Below are positions 28,049-37,757 of a DNA stretch of 64,000 nucleotides, piece by piece; positions within the stretch are counted from its first letter, which is position 1; each line of letters opens with the position of its first letter. Source of the DNA: Halanaerobiaceae bacterium (GTDB taxonomy: Bacteria; Bacillota; Halanaerobiia; Halanaerobiales; Halarsenatibacteraceae); NCBI GenBank assembly GCA_003553225.1, contig PWDW01000225.1, forward strand, positions 1,140-65,139, given 5' to 3'. Below the pieces are notes generated by a model. It made no database searches, was not told the origin of the DNA, and saw only the letters and a list, made by a program, of their open reading frames with translations. The position numbers and the translations under genes were made by a program.

Positions 28049-28557
28049 ATGTAAATAATCTGGCTGCAGTGGAAGCACTCCTTTTTACAGCCCCTGAACC
28101 TCTTTCTCTGGAGGAACTTGCTGATACTCTGGATGTTACTATTGAGGAGGCTAAAGAGCTGGTTGCTGTACTGGAAAAAGAATATAATGAAAAAAAATCT
28201 CATGGAATTCAGCTTAAAGAATATAATAGCAATTACATTTTTGTTACCAAAGAACATCTGGCTCCTTATATAAAAAAACTGCATGATACCTCGATGTCCC
28301 GTTCATTAAGCCAGGCGGCCCGGGAAACACTGGCTATTGTGGCTTACAGACAGCCCGTAACCAGGGGGGAGATCGAAGAGATCAGAGGGGTAAATGCAGA
28401 AGGGACCCTCCGGACTTTGAGAAAATATGATTTAATAAAAGAAGTGGGCCGCAAGGAGGAGCTGGGGCGGCCTATTCTTTATGGTACCACCGGTGAATTT
28501 TTGCGTCAGTTTGATCTTAATGATATTGAAGAACTGCCGGAAGCGAGCAGTGAATAA
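28045..28557 (+). CDS. scpB: segregation and condensation protein B
   Basis: 170 aa. AVEALLFTAPEPLSLEEL and LSQAARETLAIVAYRQPVTRGEIEEIRGV motifs. Confidence 0.88.
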   Translation: MNVNNLAAVEALLFTAPEPLSLEELADTLDVTIEEAKELVAVLEKEYNEKKSHGIQLKEYNSNYIFVTKEHLAPYIKKLHDTSMSRSLSQAARETLAIVAYRQPVTRGEIEEIRGVNAEGTLRTLRKYDLIKEVGRKEELGRPILYGTTGEFLRQFDLNDIEELPEASSE

Positions 28558-28587
28558 TATAAAATATCCTGGACAGGAGGTAGGTCT

Positions 28588-29307
28588 ATGGAACGGCTGC
28601 AGAAGTATATGGCCCATTCTGGAGTGGCTTCCCGGCGCAGATCAGAAGAAATAATTGCAGAGGGCCGGGTCCGGGTCAATGGTAAAGTTGTGACAGGAAT
28701 GGGTTTTAAAGTTGATCCCGGTACTGATAAGGTTGAAGTTGATGGAAAAGTTATTTCTCCGGAACAGAAGGTATATTATTTACTCCATAAACCTGTGGGC
28801 TGTATTAGTACCACGGATGATCCCCGGGGCCGTAAAACAGTTCTGGATTATATTCCGGAATCGTCCCCAAGAGTTTATCCCGTGGGCCGCCTGGATTATG
28901 ATACTTCCGGTCTGCTTTTGATAACCAATGATGGCCAGTTAACCAATTTGTTGACTCATCCGGCCCATGAAATTGATAAAACCTATATGACAGAAATTGA
29001 GGGAAAGTTAACTTCCCGGGACCGGAATCGGTTTTGTGAAGGTATTGAGCTTGAGGATGGAGAAACAGCTCCGGCTGAGCTTGAAGAAATATATGTAAGT
29101 GATGCTAAATCAATTTTTTTGTTGACTATTCATGAAGGCCGGAATCGACAGGTACGCCGGATGTGTGGTCAATTAGGACACAATGTTATCAGCCTGAAAA
29201 GAATAGGACTTGCTTTTCTGAAGCTGGGAGAACTGGATGAAGGTGAATTTCGGCATTTAAAGGAACGGGAAGTACAAAAATTAAAACAGCTGGGCTCTGA
29301 GAGGTGA
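28588..29307 (+). CDS. rluB: 23S rRNA pseudouridine synthase (RsuA/RluB family)
   Basis: S4 domain (RLQKYMAHSGVASRR) and catalytic GRLDYDTSGLLL motif. Confidence 0.85.
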   Translation: MERLQKYMAHSGVASRRRSEEIIAEGRVRVNGKVVTGMGFKVDPGTDKVEVDGKVISPEQKVYYLLHKPVGCISTTDDPRGRKTVLDYIPESSPRVYPVGRLDYDTSGLLLITNDGQLTNLLTHPAHEIDKTYMTEIEGKLTSRDRNRFCEGIELEDGETAPAELEEIYVSDAKSIFLLTIHEGRNRQVRRMCGQLGHNVISLKRIGLAFLKLGELDEGEFRHLKEREVQKLKQLGSER

Positions 29308-29312
29308 GATAC

Positions 29313-32300
29313 TTGTTTCTGGAAAAAATAGAGCTGGATGGTTTTAAATCATTTGCCCATAGTGTTGAGGTGGAGTTTGATGCCCCCTTAACTGCTATAG
29401 TGGGCCCCAATGGCAGCGGGAAGAGCAATATTGTGGATGCCGTACGCTGGGTTTTGGGAGAACAGAGTGCACGGGAACTCAGGGGTTCTCGTATGTCGGA
29501 TGTAATTTTTGCCGGGAGTGATGGACACCGGGCCCGAAGTGAGGCCTCAGTTACCCTTTATATAAACAATGAAGAGGGTAATCTCCCCCTGGACAGCAAA
29601 AAGGTGACCATTGGTCGGCAGGTGAATTCTGAAGGACAGAGCAGTTATTATTTAAATGATTCCCACTGTCGCCTTAAAGATATTGAACAGCTGCTAATGG
29701 ATACGGGACTGGGCAAGAGGTCATATTCGATTGTCGGCCAGGGACAGATAACCTCTATAATTAACAGCCGTCCGGAAAGACTCCGGGAGTTATTTGAAGA
29801 AAGTGCCGGTATCAGCAGACACCGGGAGCGCAAAGAAGAAACCGAAAAAAGGCTGGAGAAGAACAGCAGTGATCTGCAGAGGATTGAAGACATTGTCTCT
29901 GAACTGCAGAATCAGCTTCCAGGCCTGAAAAAAGAGGCTAATAAAGCTAAAGAATACCGCAGACTAAAAGAAAGGCTGCAAAAAATAGAGATCAATTTGT
30001 TACAGAATAAATGGGATTACATAAAAGAAAATCTCGAGGAGCAGAAGGCTAAAAAACATAAGCTAACTGAAAAACGTCAGGATTACAGTACTAAATTTTC
30101 ATCACTAAATGACAGATTAAACAACCAAAAAGAACTGCTGTCCGAAATAGAAAATGAGTTAAATGAAAAAAAAGAGGTCCATTATCGTTTTAAAGCAAAA
30201 GCGGAAGAAGCTCATAACAAACTGGAAATAAATCGAGAGCGGCTTAACAGCCTGGAACGCGAGCAGAAGGAAAAGGAAAAACTGCAGCAGAGATTAGAGC
30301 AAAAGATACAAAATTATAAACAGAGAAAGAAAAATCTGCAGGAGAAAAAAGAATCTCTGCAGCAAAAAAAGAATCAAAAACTGCGAAAGCTTAATGATCT
30401 GGATAAAAAAATAGAAAGCAAAAAAGAGGAAATGGAAAACCATCGGGCCCGGATTGAGAAAAAACAGAGTGAGTTTATTAATGATGAACAAAGAAACAGA
30501 TTGAGATCTGCACGGGACAGAACTGAAGAGAATATAGAACATGTCAGATCCCGTCTGCGGGAGATTTTGTCGGAATGCAGAGACAGCCTCAGAGAGGCCC
30601 GGGCAGTATTGAAGCAAAAAAAGGAGTTAATAGAAATCGGAGTTCAAAAAGAAAGTAAGCTGCAGGAGCTCAAGAAATGTCAGCAGCAGAATAAAAAACA
30701 GCTGAAAAAAACAGAAAAAAAAGTTAAAAAAATCAATGATCGCTTTGAAGAAATCAAAAGCAGGTATAATGAAAGTCAGTCCCGTCTGGAGTTTCTTCAA
30801 AAAAGAGAAAACAATTATCAGGGTTATTATCAGGGAGTAAAAGCAATTCTTGGCAGCAGGAAAAAATTTCCGGGTCTGATTGACCCGGTGGCTGATATAA
30901 TAACGGTTGATAAAAAATTTGAAGATGCAGCTGCCTCAGCCCTGGGCAGCAGACTGCAGAATATTGTAGTAAAGCAAGATGATACTGCCCAGAAGGCGAT
31001 AAATTATCTAAAAGAGACTGATTCCGGGCAGGCCACTTTTTTACCTCTGAATATGATAAATGGTCAGAGGATCAATCCCCGGGAGCTGAATCTTAAAAAC
31101 CAGGATGGTTTTATAGGAATTGGGGCCCGGCTGGTTTCTGCTCCGGAAAAGTTCACCCCGCTTCTGGACTATCTTCTGGGGCGGGTTCTTTTTGCCAGAG
31201 ATCTGGCCTCTGCCTCCCGGATAGCCAAAAAAATTGATACCCGTTATAAAATAGTGTCTCTTGCAGGAGAGATTATAAATCCCGGAGGAGCAATGACCGG
31301 GGGCAGTTCTAAAAATCGCAACCAGCAGTTTCTGGAACGCAAACGGGAGATTGATAAGTTAAGTGATCTTACTGAACAGCTGGCATGTGAGGGTCAGGAG
31401 GTTAAAGACCGGCTTGAAAAAGCCGAAAAAATGAAGAGGGAACTAATAAATAAAATTGACAAAACTGAACAGCAGCTTCAGGACCTATCAATTGAAAAAA
31501 ACAGCTTTCTAAAAGATCTGGAGGGCAGTTTGCGGGAACTAAAAAGGTCTTCTTCCTTTTTAACCAGGAAAAGAGAAAATTTTTATTCCCTCCTGAAAAA
31601 AATGCAGAAACTGAGACAGGAAAAAAAAGATATTGTGGTTAAACTTGATACAGCGGCAGAGGATCAGGCCCGGGAGAAGGAAGCTGTAAAAGGGCTTAAG
31701 GAAAAAATTAGCTCACTGGAACAGAATCTGGAGAAGCTGCAGGAACAGAGAGCCAGTATTCGGGTTCAGAAAGCTACCATTGAACAAAAAATTGAAGATA
31801 TTTCTGAAAATATAGAGCAAATGAGACAGGAGATCGAAAATACCCAGGACAGAATTAATACTATTTGTGAAAGATTTTCCAGGATAAAAAACCAGAGGCA
31901 TGAACTAAAACAGGAAAAACAGAAATTACAGCAGCAGATTGATGAATTTTCCGGTCGGGTGGAGGAGCTGGCCGGGGAGATTGAAAAATCAGAAGATGAG
32001 GTTGCCCACAGGAAAGAACAGGTTGAAAGCCTGGAAAAAAAAGTAAAACCCGCCTACAGCCGTCTGGAAGAATGCCGGGAGCAGATTCATGAACTTGATC
32101 TAAAGATAAATCAGCTGCAGAATGATCAAAAGAGAATTAATGAAAAACTGGCTGCAGAATATGATTATGATCCTGAAACTGATTCACCTCCGGAAAGAGT
32201 GGAGCTTGAAAATGAAAAAAAGGCCGAACAAAAAATAAATGAATTAAGAAGTAAAATTAAAAAATTACAGCCTGTAAATGAAAGTGCGGTTAAAGAGTAT

Positions 32301-32885
32301 GAAGAACTGAAGGAACGGGTGGATTATCTAATTGAACAAAAAGAAGACCTGCTTGGTGCCCGGGAGAGTCTGGAAAAAATAATATCTGAAATAGAAAGCA
32401 CCATGGGCCAGCTGTTTTATGAAACATTTCTGGAGATCAAAGAGGAATTTGAGGAGATATTCACCAGGCTGTTTAATGGGGGTAAGGCTGAGCTGAAGCT
32501 GACAGATGAACAGGATTATCTGAATACCGGAGTAGAGATTTCGGCCCGTCCCCCCGGAAAAGACCTGAAAAGGCTTTCTCTTTTATCCGGTGGGGAGAGG
32601 GCACTGACGGCGATTGCCCTGGTTTTTGCTTTTCTGAATGTAAATCCCAGTCCTCTCTACATACTGGATGAGATTGATGCCCCCCTGGATGATGTTAATC
32701 TGGCTAAGTTTACTGATTTTATTGAACAGTATTCTAAAATAGCTCAATTTATAATTATTACCCACCGCAAACATATGATGAGCCGGGTGGAGACCCTGTA
32801 TGGAGTGACCATGGAGGAGTCCGGGATCTCCCGGCTGATTTCACTTAAATTTGATGAAGAAGGTGTTGAATTTGCACAAAATTAA
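29313..32885 (+). CDS. smc: chromosome partition protein Smc
   Basis: Walker A GPNGSGKSN, long coiled coils with a central hinge, signature LSGGERALTA, Walker B LYILDEIDAPLDD. TTG 29313 is 8 nt after GAGG (GTG 29304 is the alternative). Confidence 0.93.
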   Translation: MFLEKIELDGFKSFAHSVEVEFDAPLTAIVGPNGSGKSNIVDAVRWVLGEQSARELRGSRMSDVIFAGSDGHRARSEASVTLYINNEEGNLPLDSKKVTIGRQVNSEGQSSYYLNDSHCRLKDIEQLLMDTGLGKRSYSIVGQGQITSIINSRPERLRELFEESAGISRHRERKEETEKRLEKNSSDLQRIEDIVSELQNQLPGLKKEANKAKEYRRLKERLQKIEINLLQNKWDYIKENLEEQKAKKHKLTEKRQDYSTKFSSLNDRLNNQKELLSEIENELNEKKEVHYRFKAKAEEAHNKLEINRERLNSLEREQKEKEKLQQRLEQKIQNYKQRKKNLQEKKESLQQKKNQKLRKLNDLDKKIESKKEEMENHRARIEKKQSEFINDEQRNRLRSARDRTEENIEHVRSRLREILSECRDSLREARAVLKQKKELIEIGVQKESKLQELKKCQQQNKKQLKKTEKKVKKINDRFEEIKSRYNESQSRLEFLQKRENNYQGYYQGVKAILGSRKKFPGLIDPVADIITVDKKFEDAAASALGSRLQNIVVKQDDTAQKAINYLKETDSGQATFLPLNMINGQRINPRELNLKNQDGFIGIGARLVSAPEKFTPLLDYLLGRVLFARDLASASRIAKKIDTRYKIVSLAGEIINPGGAMTGGSSKNRNQQFLERKREIDKLSDLTEQLACEGQEVKDRLEKAEKMKRELINKIDKTEQQLQDLSIEKNSFLKDLEGSLRELKRSSSFLTRKRENFYSLLKKMQKLRQEKKDIVVKLDTAAEDQAREKEAVKGLKEKISSLEQNLEKLQEQRASIRVQKATIEQKIEDISENIEQMRQEIENTQDRINTICERFSRIKNQRHELKQEKQKLQQQIDEFSGRVEELAGEIEKSEDEVAHRKEQVESLEKKVKPAYSRLEECREQIHELDLKINQLQNDQKRINEKLAAEYDYDPETDSPPERVELENEKKAEQKINELRSKIKKLQPVNESAVKEYEELKERVDYLIEQKEDLLGARESLEKIISEIESTMGQLFYETFLEIKEEFEEIFTRLFNGGKAELKLTDEQDYLNTGVEISARPPGKDLKRLSLLSGGERALTAIALVFAFLNVNPSPLYILDEIDAPLDDVNLAKFTDFIEQYSKIAQFIIITHRKHMMSRVETLYGVTMEESGISRLISLKFDEEGVEFAQN

Positions 32886-34014
32886 AGCTATCTCACAGGA
32901 AATAATTGATGATCTGGTTGAACGGGCCCGCAGGCTGGGTCAGGGCCGTTCGGCAGGAGTGATCGGATTTACCAATCAGGAAGGGATCATCACGGGCAGA
33001 TCTGAAATAATCAATGGAGGTTCTTCAGGACTGCCCTATCGAAAACTGCTATCCGGTCTTACGGATATCAGCCACCTCTCTTTTCTGGAAATGATTAATC
33101 AGCTTCCGGAAAATGCGGTTATGATTTCTTTAAAACCGGGCAAAACAGGTATTATTGTCAGTACAGCCGGAATAAATATTCTGGATATTCCGGTAGTAAA
33201 GGTGGGAGTTAAAAGCGGCCGGGAAGCGGGAGTGGGTATCCTTTATCCCCACCGGGAATATTTCCGTCTGGCCAGCAGGTCGGAAAAAATACAGCTAAAA
33301 TCACTGGCCGCTCTGAATATGGATGAAGAACGGGAGGCTCTCAGAGCTTCCAGTAAGCTGCATCTGGAATATCTTGATATTTCAGAAGAACTGCCTGCTG
33401 CCGCAAAGAAACAGCAGGTGTTCTCTCTAAAAGAAAAGTCAGGTCCCGACTGGAGGCTGCCCAAAATTCCCGAAATTACTTCTATTGATAGTTCATTTGC
33501 CCGGAGTCTGGTAGAAAAATCGATTTCCATTGAGCAGGGCCGGGAGGTTGCTGCTGTGGGAAGTATTTCGGAGTCCGGTACAATTCAGCAGGCCGGTGAT
33601 ATTGTGGTCGGGGGTATGGGTTATGTTCCCTCCCGTCTTCTGGCCTCCAGCTATCAGGATATAAGTGATATATCACTCCGCCGGGCTTATACAGAGGTGA
33701 TCCCTCCCAACTGTATGGTGGTGCACACCCACCCCGGGGGTACGGGTGTTATGCATATCAGTGATGCCATGGCCGGACCGGGAACCTGGGGGCGGCCGAT
33801 AGCAGCTATTGGGCATTCTGAAAAAGCCGAAATCAAGGGGGTAAATGTGATTAAACCTTCTGCTGAACTTTTCGATCTGGCTGATCAGAAAGAGCAGCTG
33901 GAACAGAAATTGTTTGAGGTTAATACCTCTCAAGAGGAGGTTAAACTTCGCCAGAAAAGACTGGAGATAGCTCAAAAGTTTACGGCTCTCTGTCAGGAGA
34001 TAGAGTTGATATAA
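32854..34014 (+). CDS. hypothetical protein: internally duplicated pseudo-MPN + JAMM-like MPN domains with a C-terminal coiled coil
   Basis: Residues about 13-107 and 211-309 align with each other. The second half carries EVAAVG...HTHPGGTGVMHISD (E-x57-H-x-H-x7-H-x2-D). The first half lacks these ligands. The 5' end overlaps the smc 3' end. Start is uncertain (32851-32872). Confidence 0.55.
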   Translation: MKKVLNLHKIKAISQEIIDDLVERARRLGQGRSAGVIGFTNQEGIITGRSEIINGGSSGLPYRKLLSGLTDISHLSFLEMINQLPENAVMISLKPGKTGIIVSTAGINILDIPVVKVGVKSGREAGVGILYPHREYFRLASRSEKIQLKSLAALNMDEEREALRASSKLHLEYLDISEELPAAAKKQQVFSLKEKSGPDWRLPKIPEITSIDSSFARSLVEKSISIEQGREVAAVGSISESGTIQQAGDIVVGGMGYVPSRLLASSYQDISDISLRRAYTEVIPPNCMVVHTHPGGTGVMHISDAMAGPGTWGRPIAAIGHSEKAEIKGVNVIKPSAELFDLADQKEQLEQKLFEVNTSQEEVKLRQKRLEIAQKFTALCQEIELI

Positions 34015-34164
34015 AAAGCGGGAATTTTTTTAACCGGAAGGTGCAATTTTATTGATATATTATAGAATTTAATGATGATGTTGTGATTTTTTAAAAATTT
34101 TTATTGAATCTCAGAATAAAATATCATAAACTAATTTGACAGACAGGTAATAGGAGGTGCTGTG

Positions 34165-35136
34165 ATGAACTTTTTTGGAAATAATAAACAGGAAGAAACT
34201 GCAGAACAGGAATCTGCTGCAGATAAAGGTTTTTTTACCAGACTCAAGGATGGTCTTGCCAAAACCAGAGAAGGTTTTGTGGATAAACTGGGCAGCCTTT
34301 TTCGGGGTTACAGTAAAATTGATGATGAACTATTTACCGAACTGGAAGAGCTTATGGTTCAGGCTGATGTCGGGATTAAAACTACCATGGATATGGTGGA
34401 AGAACTTCGTACCCGGGCTCGAGAAGAAGAGATTGAGGATCCGGAGGAGCTGTTTACCGAATTTCAGGAAAAACTGGTTCAGATATTAAAATCGGATTTT
34501 GAGCCCCTGGAGCTTTCGGCTGATTTAAATATTATCATCATGGTTGGTGTAAATGGAGTAGGGAAAACAACCACTATGGCCAAAATAGCTGAGCGCTACC
34601 GGGCTCAGGACAAAAAAGTTATGTTTGCCGCCGGTGACACTTTTAGGGCCGGAGCCATAGAACAGATTGAAGTCTGGGGCCAGCGTCTGGGAGTTGAGGT
34701 GATTTCTCAGCAGGCTGGCTCAGATGCGGCTGCAGTGGCCTATGATGCCGTTCAGGCTGCTAAAGCCAGAAATGCTGATCTTTTGATTGTTGATACCGCC
34801 GGTCGGCTGCATACTCAGAAAAATTTAATGAAAGAGCTTCAGAAGGTAAAAAGAGTTATTGCACAAGAAGCACCTACAGCTCATAAAGAAGTTCTTTTGG
34901 TACTTGATGCCACCACGGGACAGAATGCCATTTCCCAGGCCGAACTTTTTGATGAAGCTGTTGATGTGGATGGAATTGCTTTGACCAAGCTGGATGGAAC
35001 CGCCAAAGGGGGTATTGTTGTTGCCATAAAAAATGAACTGGGTCTGCCCATTAAATTAATAGGAGTTGGTGAAGAGGCAGAAGACCTGCAGGATTTTGAT
35101 CCCGACCAGTTTGTGGAAGCACTTTTTTCTGAATAA
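34165..35136 (+). CDS. ftsY: signal recognition particle receptor FtsY
   Basis: SRP GTPase motifs GVNGVGKTT, DTAGR and TKLDGTAKGG, with an acidic N-terminal region. GGAGG RBS. Confidence 0.92.
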   Translation: MNFFGNNKQEETAEQESAADKGFFTRLKDGLAKTREGFVDKLGSLFRGYSKIDDELFTELEELMVQADVGIKTTMDMVEELRTRAREEEIEDPEELFTEFQEKLVQILKSDFEPLELSADLNIIIMVGVNGVGKTTTMAKIAERYRAQDKKVMFAAGDTFRAGAIEQIEVWGQRLGVEVISQQAGSDAAAVAYDAVQAAKARNADLLIVDTAGRLHTQKNLMKELQKVKRVIAQEAPTAHKEVLLVLDATTGQNAISQAELFDEAVDVDGIALTKLDGTAKGGIVVAIKNELGLPIKLIGVGEEAEDLQDFDPDQFVEALFSE

Positions 35137-35155
35137 TTCTGTTTTTCAGTTCTGC

Positions 35156-35184
35156 TTGACAGTTAATATTCAATAATGTATAAT
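35156..35184 (+). promoter_or_regulatory. consensus sigma-A promoter upstream of ylxM-ffh
   Basis: TTGACA (35156-35161), 17-nt spacer, TATAAT (35179-35184). Both hexamers are perfect. Confidence 0.7.
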
Positions 35185-35225
35185 GTGCTGTAAAGTGATA
35201 AAACTTAACAGTGTAGGTGGTTGAT

Positions 35226-35567
35226 TTGCTGGAGAAAACTATGTATTTAACATTGATGTATGATTATTATGGTGAACTGCTGACCCCCAGACAGCAGGAG
35301 ATTATGAAACTTTACTTTTTTCATGATCTGTCTCTGGGTGAAATAGCGGAGAAACTTGATATCAGCCGCCAGGGAGTATATGATCATCTTCACCGGTCTG
35401 AAGATATTCTCCGGACATATGAAAACAAGCTTCAGCTGGTGGAAAAAAACCGTGAGCTTAGAGATTTTATTGAAAATTTCACAAAAGAAATTAAAACAGA
35501 AGACCTAAAAAAAGAAACCAAAGAATTGGTTTTATCCCGTCTTGAAGAATTAGAAGATTTGATTTAG
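35226..35567 (+). CDS. ylxM: UPF0122/YlxM putative DNA-binding protein
   Basis: LLTPRQQEIM...LSLGEIAEKLDISRQGVYDHL sigma-70 region-4-like HTH. Lies upstream of ffh as in Bacillus. TTG 35226 gives an MLEKT N-terminus like B. subtilis YlxM. Confidence 0.85.
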   Translation: MLEKTMYLTLMYDYYGELLTPRQQEIMKLYFFHDLSLGEIAEKLDISRQGVYDHLHRSEDILRTYENKLQLVEKNRELRDFIENFTKEIKTEDLKKETKELVLSRLEELEDLI

Positions 35568-35765
35568 CCCTTAATCAGAGAAATAATTTGGGGAATGTTT
35601 TTTGTCAGCAGGCCTTATGAATGTGGGGCTGCATATAGAAATTGGTTAACTTTTTTGGGTTTCGGATGTTACCTGATTATGAACGGATAAAACCTGAGGA
35701 AAATAGTTTTATGATTACAGCTGCTGTTATGTATTTTATCAGTTTGCCCCAGAGGAGGTGCTGAG

Positions 35766-37124
35766 ATGATATTTGAAGGATTGTCGGAAAAACTGCAGAA
35801 CACCTTAAACCGCCTGAAAGGAAAAGGCAAACTCAATGAAAATGATGTTAAAGAAGCACTGAAGGAAGTTAAAATGGCTCTGCTGGAGGCCGATGTTAAC
35901 TATAAAGTGGTCAAGGATTTTGTAAGCCGGGTTGAAGAGAGAGCTGTAGGCAAAGATGTAATGGAGAGTCTGACTCCCGGCCAGCAGGTCATAAAAATTG
36001 TGAATGAAGAGCTTTCAGAACTGATGGGCAAAGAAAGAAGCAAACTTGAATTTTCACCTCAACCGCCCACGGTTATCATGCTCTGTGGGTTACAGGGTTC
36101 AGGTAAAACTACCACTGCCGGAAAACTGGCAAAAAAACTTGCCGCTGACGGCAAGCAGCCGCTGCTGGCTGCCGGTGATATTTATCGTCCGGCCGCAATT
36201 GACCAGCTGCAGCAGCTGGGAGAAGAACTAAATCTGCCTGTTTTTTCCATGGGGGATGAGAAAAACCCGGTGGACATAGTCCGGGGTGCGATTAGTTATG
36301 CCCAATCTCACGGTCGGGATACAGTGATTCTGGATACCGCTGGCCGTCTGCATGTGGACCGGGAAATGATGCAGGAGCTGGAGGATATTGAGCAGGAAGT
36401 TAATCCTGCTGAAACCCTGCTGGTTGTTGATGCCATGACCGGTCAGGATGCAGTTAATGTGGCCCGGGATTTTGATGAAATACTGAATATTACCGGTTTG
36501 ATTTTGACCAAACTGGATGGTGATGCCCGGGGTGGTGCAGCTCTGTCAATTAAAACGGTTACGGGAAAACCCGTAAAATTTGTGGGAAATGGTGAAAAGC
36601 TGGAAGACCTGGAACCTTTTTATCCGGAACGGATGGCCTCACGCATTCTGGGTATGGGAGATGTGCTCAGCCTTATTGAAAAGGCTGAAGAGAATATTGA
36701 CCAAAAGAAAGCTCAGGAACTGGAAGAGAAAATAAGACAGGATAAATTTTCTCTTGATGATTTTCTGGACCAGATGGACCAGGTGCGCAATATGGGCTCT
36801 CTGGACCAGCTGCTGGGTATGATACCCGGTCTGGGGGCTGCCAAACAGCTGAAAAATCTTCAGTTTGATGAACAGGAGCTGGACTATATTGAGGCAATTA
36901 TTAATTCGATGACTGAAGAGGAGAAACAGGATCCGGATATTATTAACGGCAGCCGCCGCAAAAGAATTGCCCGGGGTAGTGGAACCTCAATTCAGCAGGT
37001 TAACAGACTGCTAAAACAGTTTGATCAGACCAAAAAGATGATGAAAAAGGTGAATGAAGGTCAGCTGGGCAAAGGTGGTAAGCGAAGCCTGAAGGATTTG
37101 AATATACCTTTTATGGGTAATTGA
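35766..37124 (+). CDS. ffh: signal recognition particle protein Ffh
   Basis: GLQGSGKTT, DTAGR and TKLDGDARGG motifs, with a Met-rich M domain. AGGAGGTG RBS. Confidence 0.95.
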   Translation: MIFEGLSEKLQNTLNRLKGKGKLNENDVKEALKEVKMALLEADVNYKVVKDFVSRVEERAVGKDVMESLTPGQQVIKIVNEELSELMGKERSKLEFSPQPPTVIMLCGLQGSGKTTTAGKLAKKLAADGKQPLLAAGDIYRPAAIDQLQQLGEELNLPVFSMGDEKNPVDIVRGAISYAQSHGRDTVILDTAGRLHVDREMMQELEDIEQEVNPAETLLVVDAMTGQDAVNVARDFDEILNITGLILTKLDGDARGGAALSIKTVTGKPVKFVGNGEKLEDLEPFYPERMASRILGMGDVLSLIEKAEENIDQKKAQELEEKIRQDKFSLDDFLDQMDQVRNMGSLDQLLGMIPGLGAAKQLKNLQFDEQELDYIEAIINSMTEEEKQDPDIINGSRRKRIARGSGTSIQQVNRLLKQFDQTKKMMKKVNEGQLGKGGKRSLKDLNIPFMGN

Positions 37125-37213
37125 TGATTGTAACAAGTTTTTTTAAAATAGCTAATAAAAATTTCTTTTTTTAAATTTTGTTCTGTATTATATCCTGTTA
37201 AGGAGGTGTTAGG

Positions 37214-37474
37214 ATGGGTGTGAAAATCAGACTAAAAAGAGTTGGTAAAAAGAGGAGTGCCTCTTTTCGCCTGATTGTATCTGAGTCAAAATATGCTCCC
37301 CAGGGTCGTTTTATTGAAGAACTGGGCTATTATGATCCCACCACTGAGCCGGAAACCTATGATATTGATGAAGAAAAGGCTCTAAAATGGCTTAATGATG
37401 GAGCCAAGCCCTCGGATACGGTGCGCTCTCTGCTGGAAAAAGCGGGAGTTATGGAAAAGTATAATCAGCAGTAG
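37214..37474 (+). CDS. rpsP: 30S ribosomal protein S16
   Basis: N-terminus MGVKIRLKRVGKKRSASFRLIV. 86 aa. AAGGAGGTG RBS. Confidence 0.95.
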   Translation: MGVKIRLKRVGKKRSASFRLIVSESKYAPQGRFIEELGYYDPTTEPETYDIDEEKALKWLNDGAKPSDTVRSLLEKAGVMEKYNQQ

Positions 37475-37503
37475 TTTGGTCATTTAGAAATGAGGTGATT
37501 TCT

Positions 37504-37731
37504 GTGCAGGAAATGGTAGAAAAGATTGCCCGCTCTATTGTAGATAACCCGGAACAGGTTCAGGTAAAAAAGATTGAAAAAGATAAATCTATCACCCTGG
37601 AGCTGTCGGTAGCCGATAATGATATGGGAAAAGTTATTGGTAAACAGGGTCGTATTGCCCGGGCAATAAGGACCGTGGTTAATGCGGCCGCCACCAAGGA
37701 AGACAAAAAAGTTGTGGTTGATATTAAGTAA
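37504..37731 (+). CDS. khpA: KH-domain RNA-binding protein (YlqC/KhpA)
   Basis: GKVIGKQGRIARAIRTV KH motif. Sits between rpsP and rimM. GTG 37504 follows GAGGTGA by 6 nt (the listed ORF begins at 37495). Confidence 0.85.
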   Translation: MQEMVEKIARSIVDNPEQVQVKKIEKDKSITLELSVADNDMGKVIGKQGRIARAIRTVVNAAATKEDKKVVVDIK

Positions 37732-37757
37732 TTTTGTTTTCAGGAAGGTGAACTAGC

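Noticed and set aside
35666-35764. 32-codon ORF (MLPDYERIKPEENSFMITAAVMYFISLPQRRC) ending on the ffh start region in the 198-bp ylxM-ffh spacer
   Set aside because: It has no SD sequence, there is no conservation evidence available, and it is short enough to be open by chance. The spacer length is noted but not interpretable by eye.
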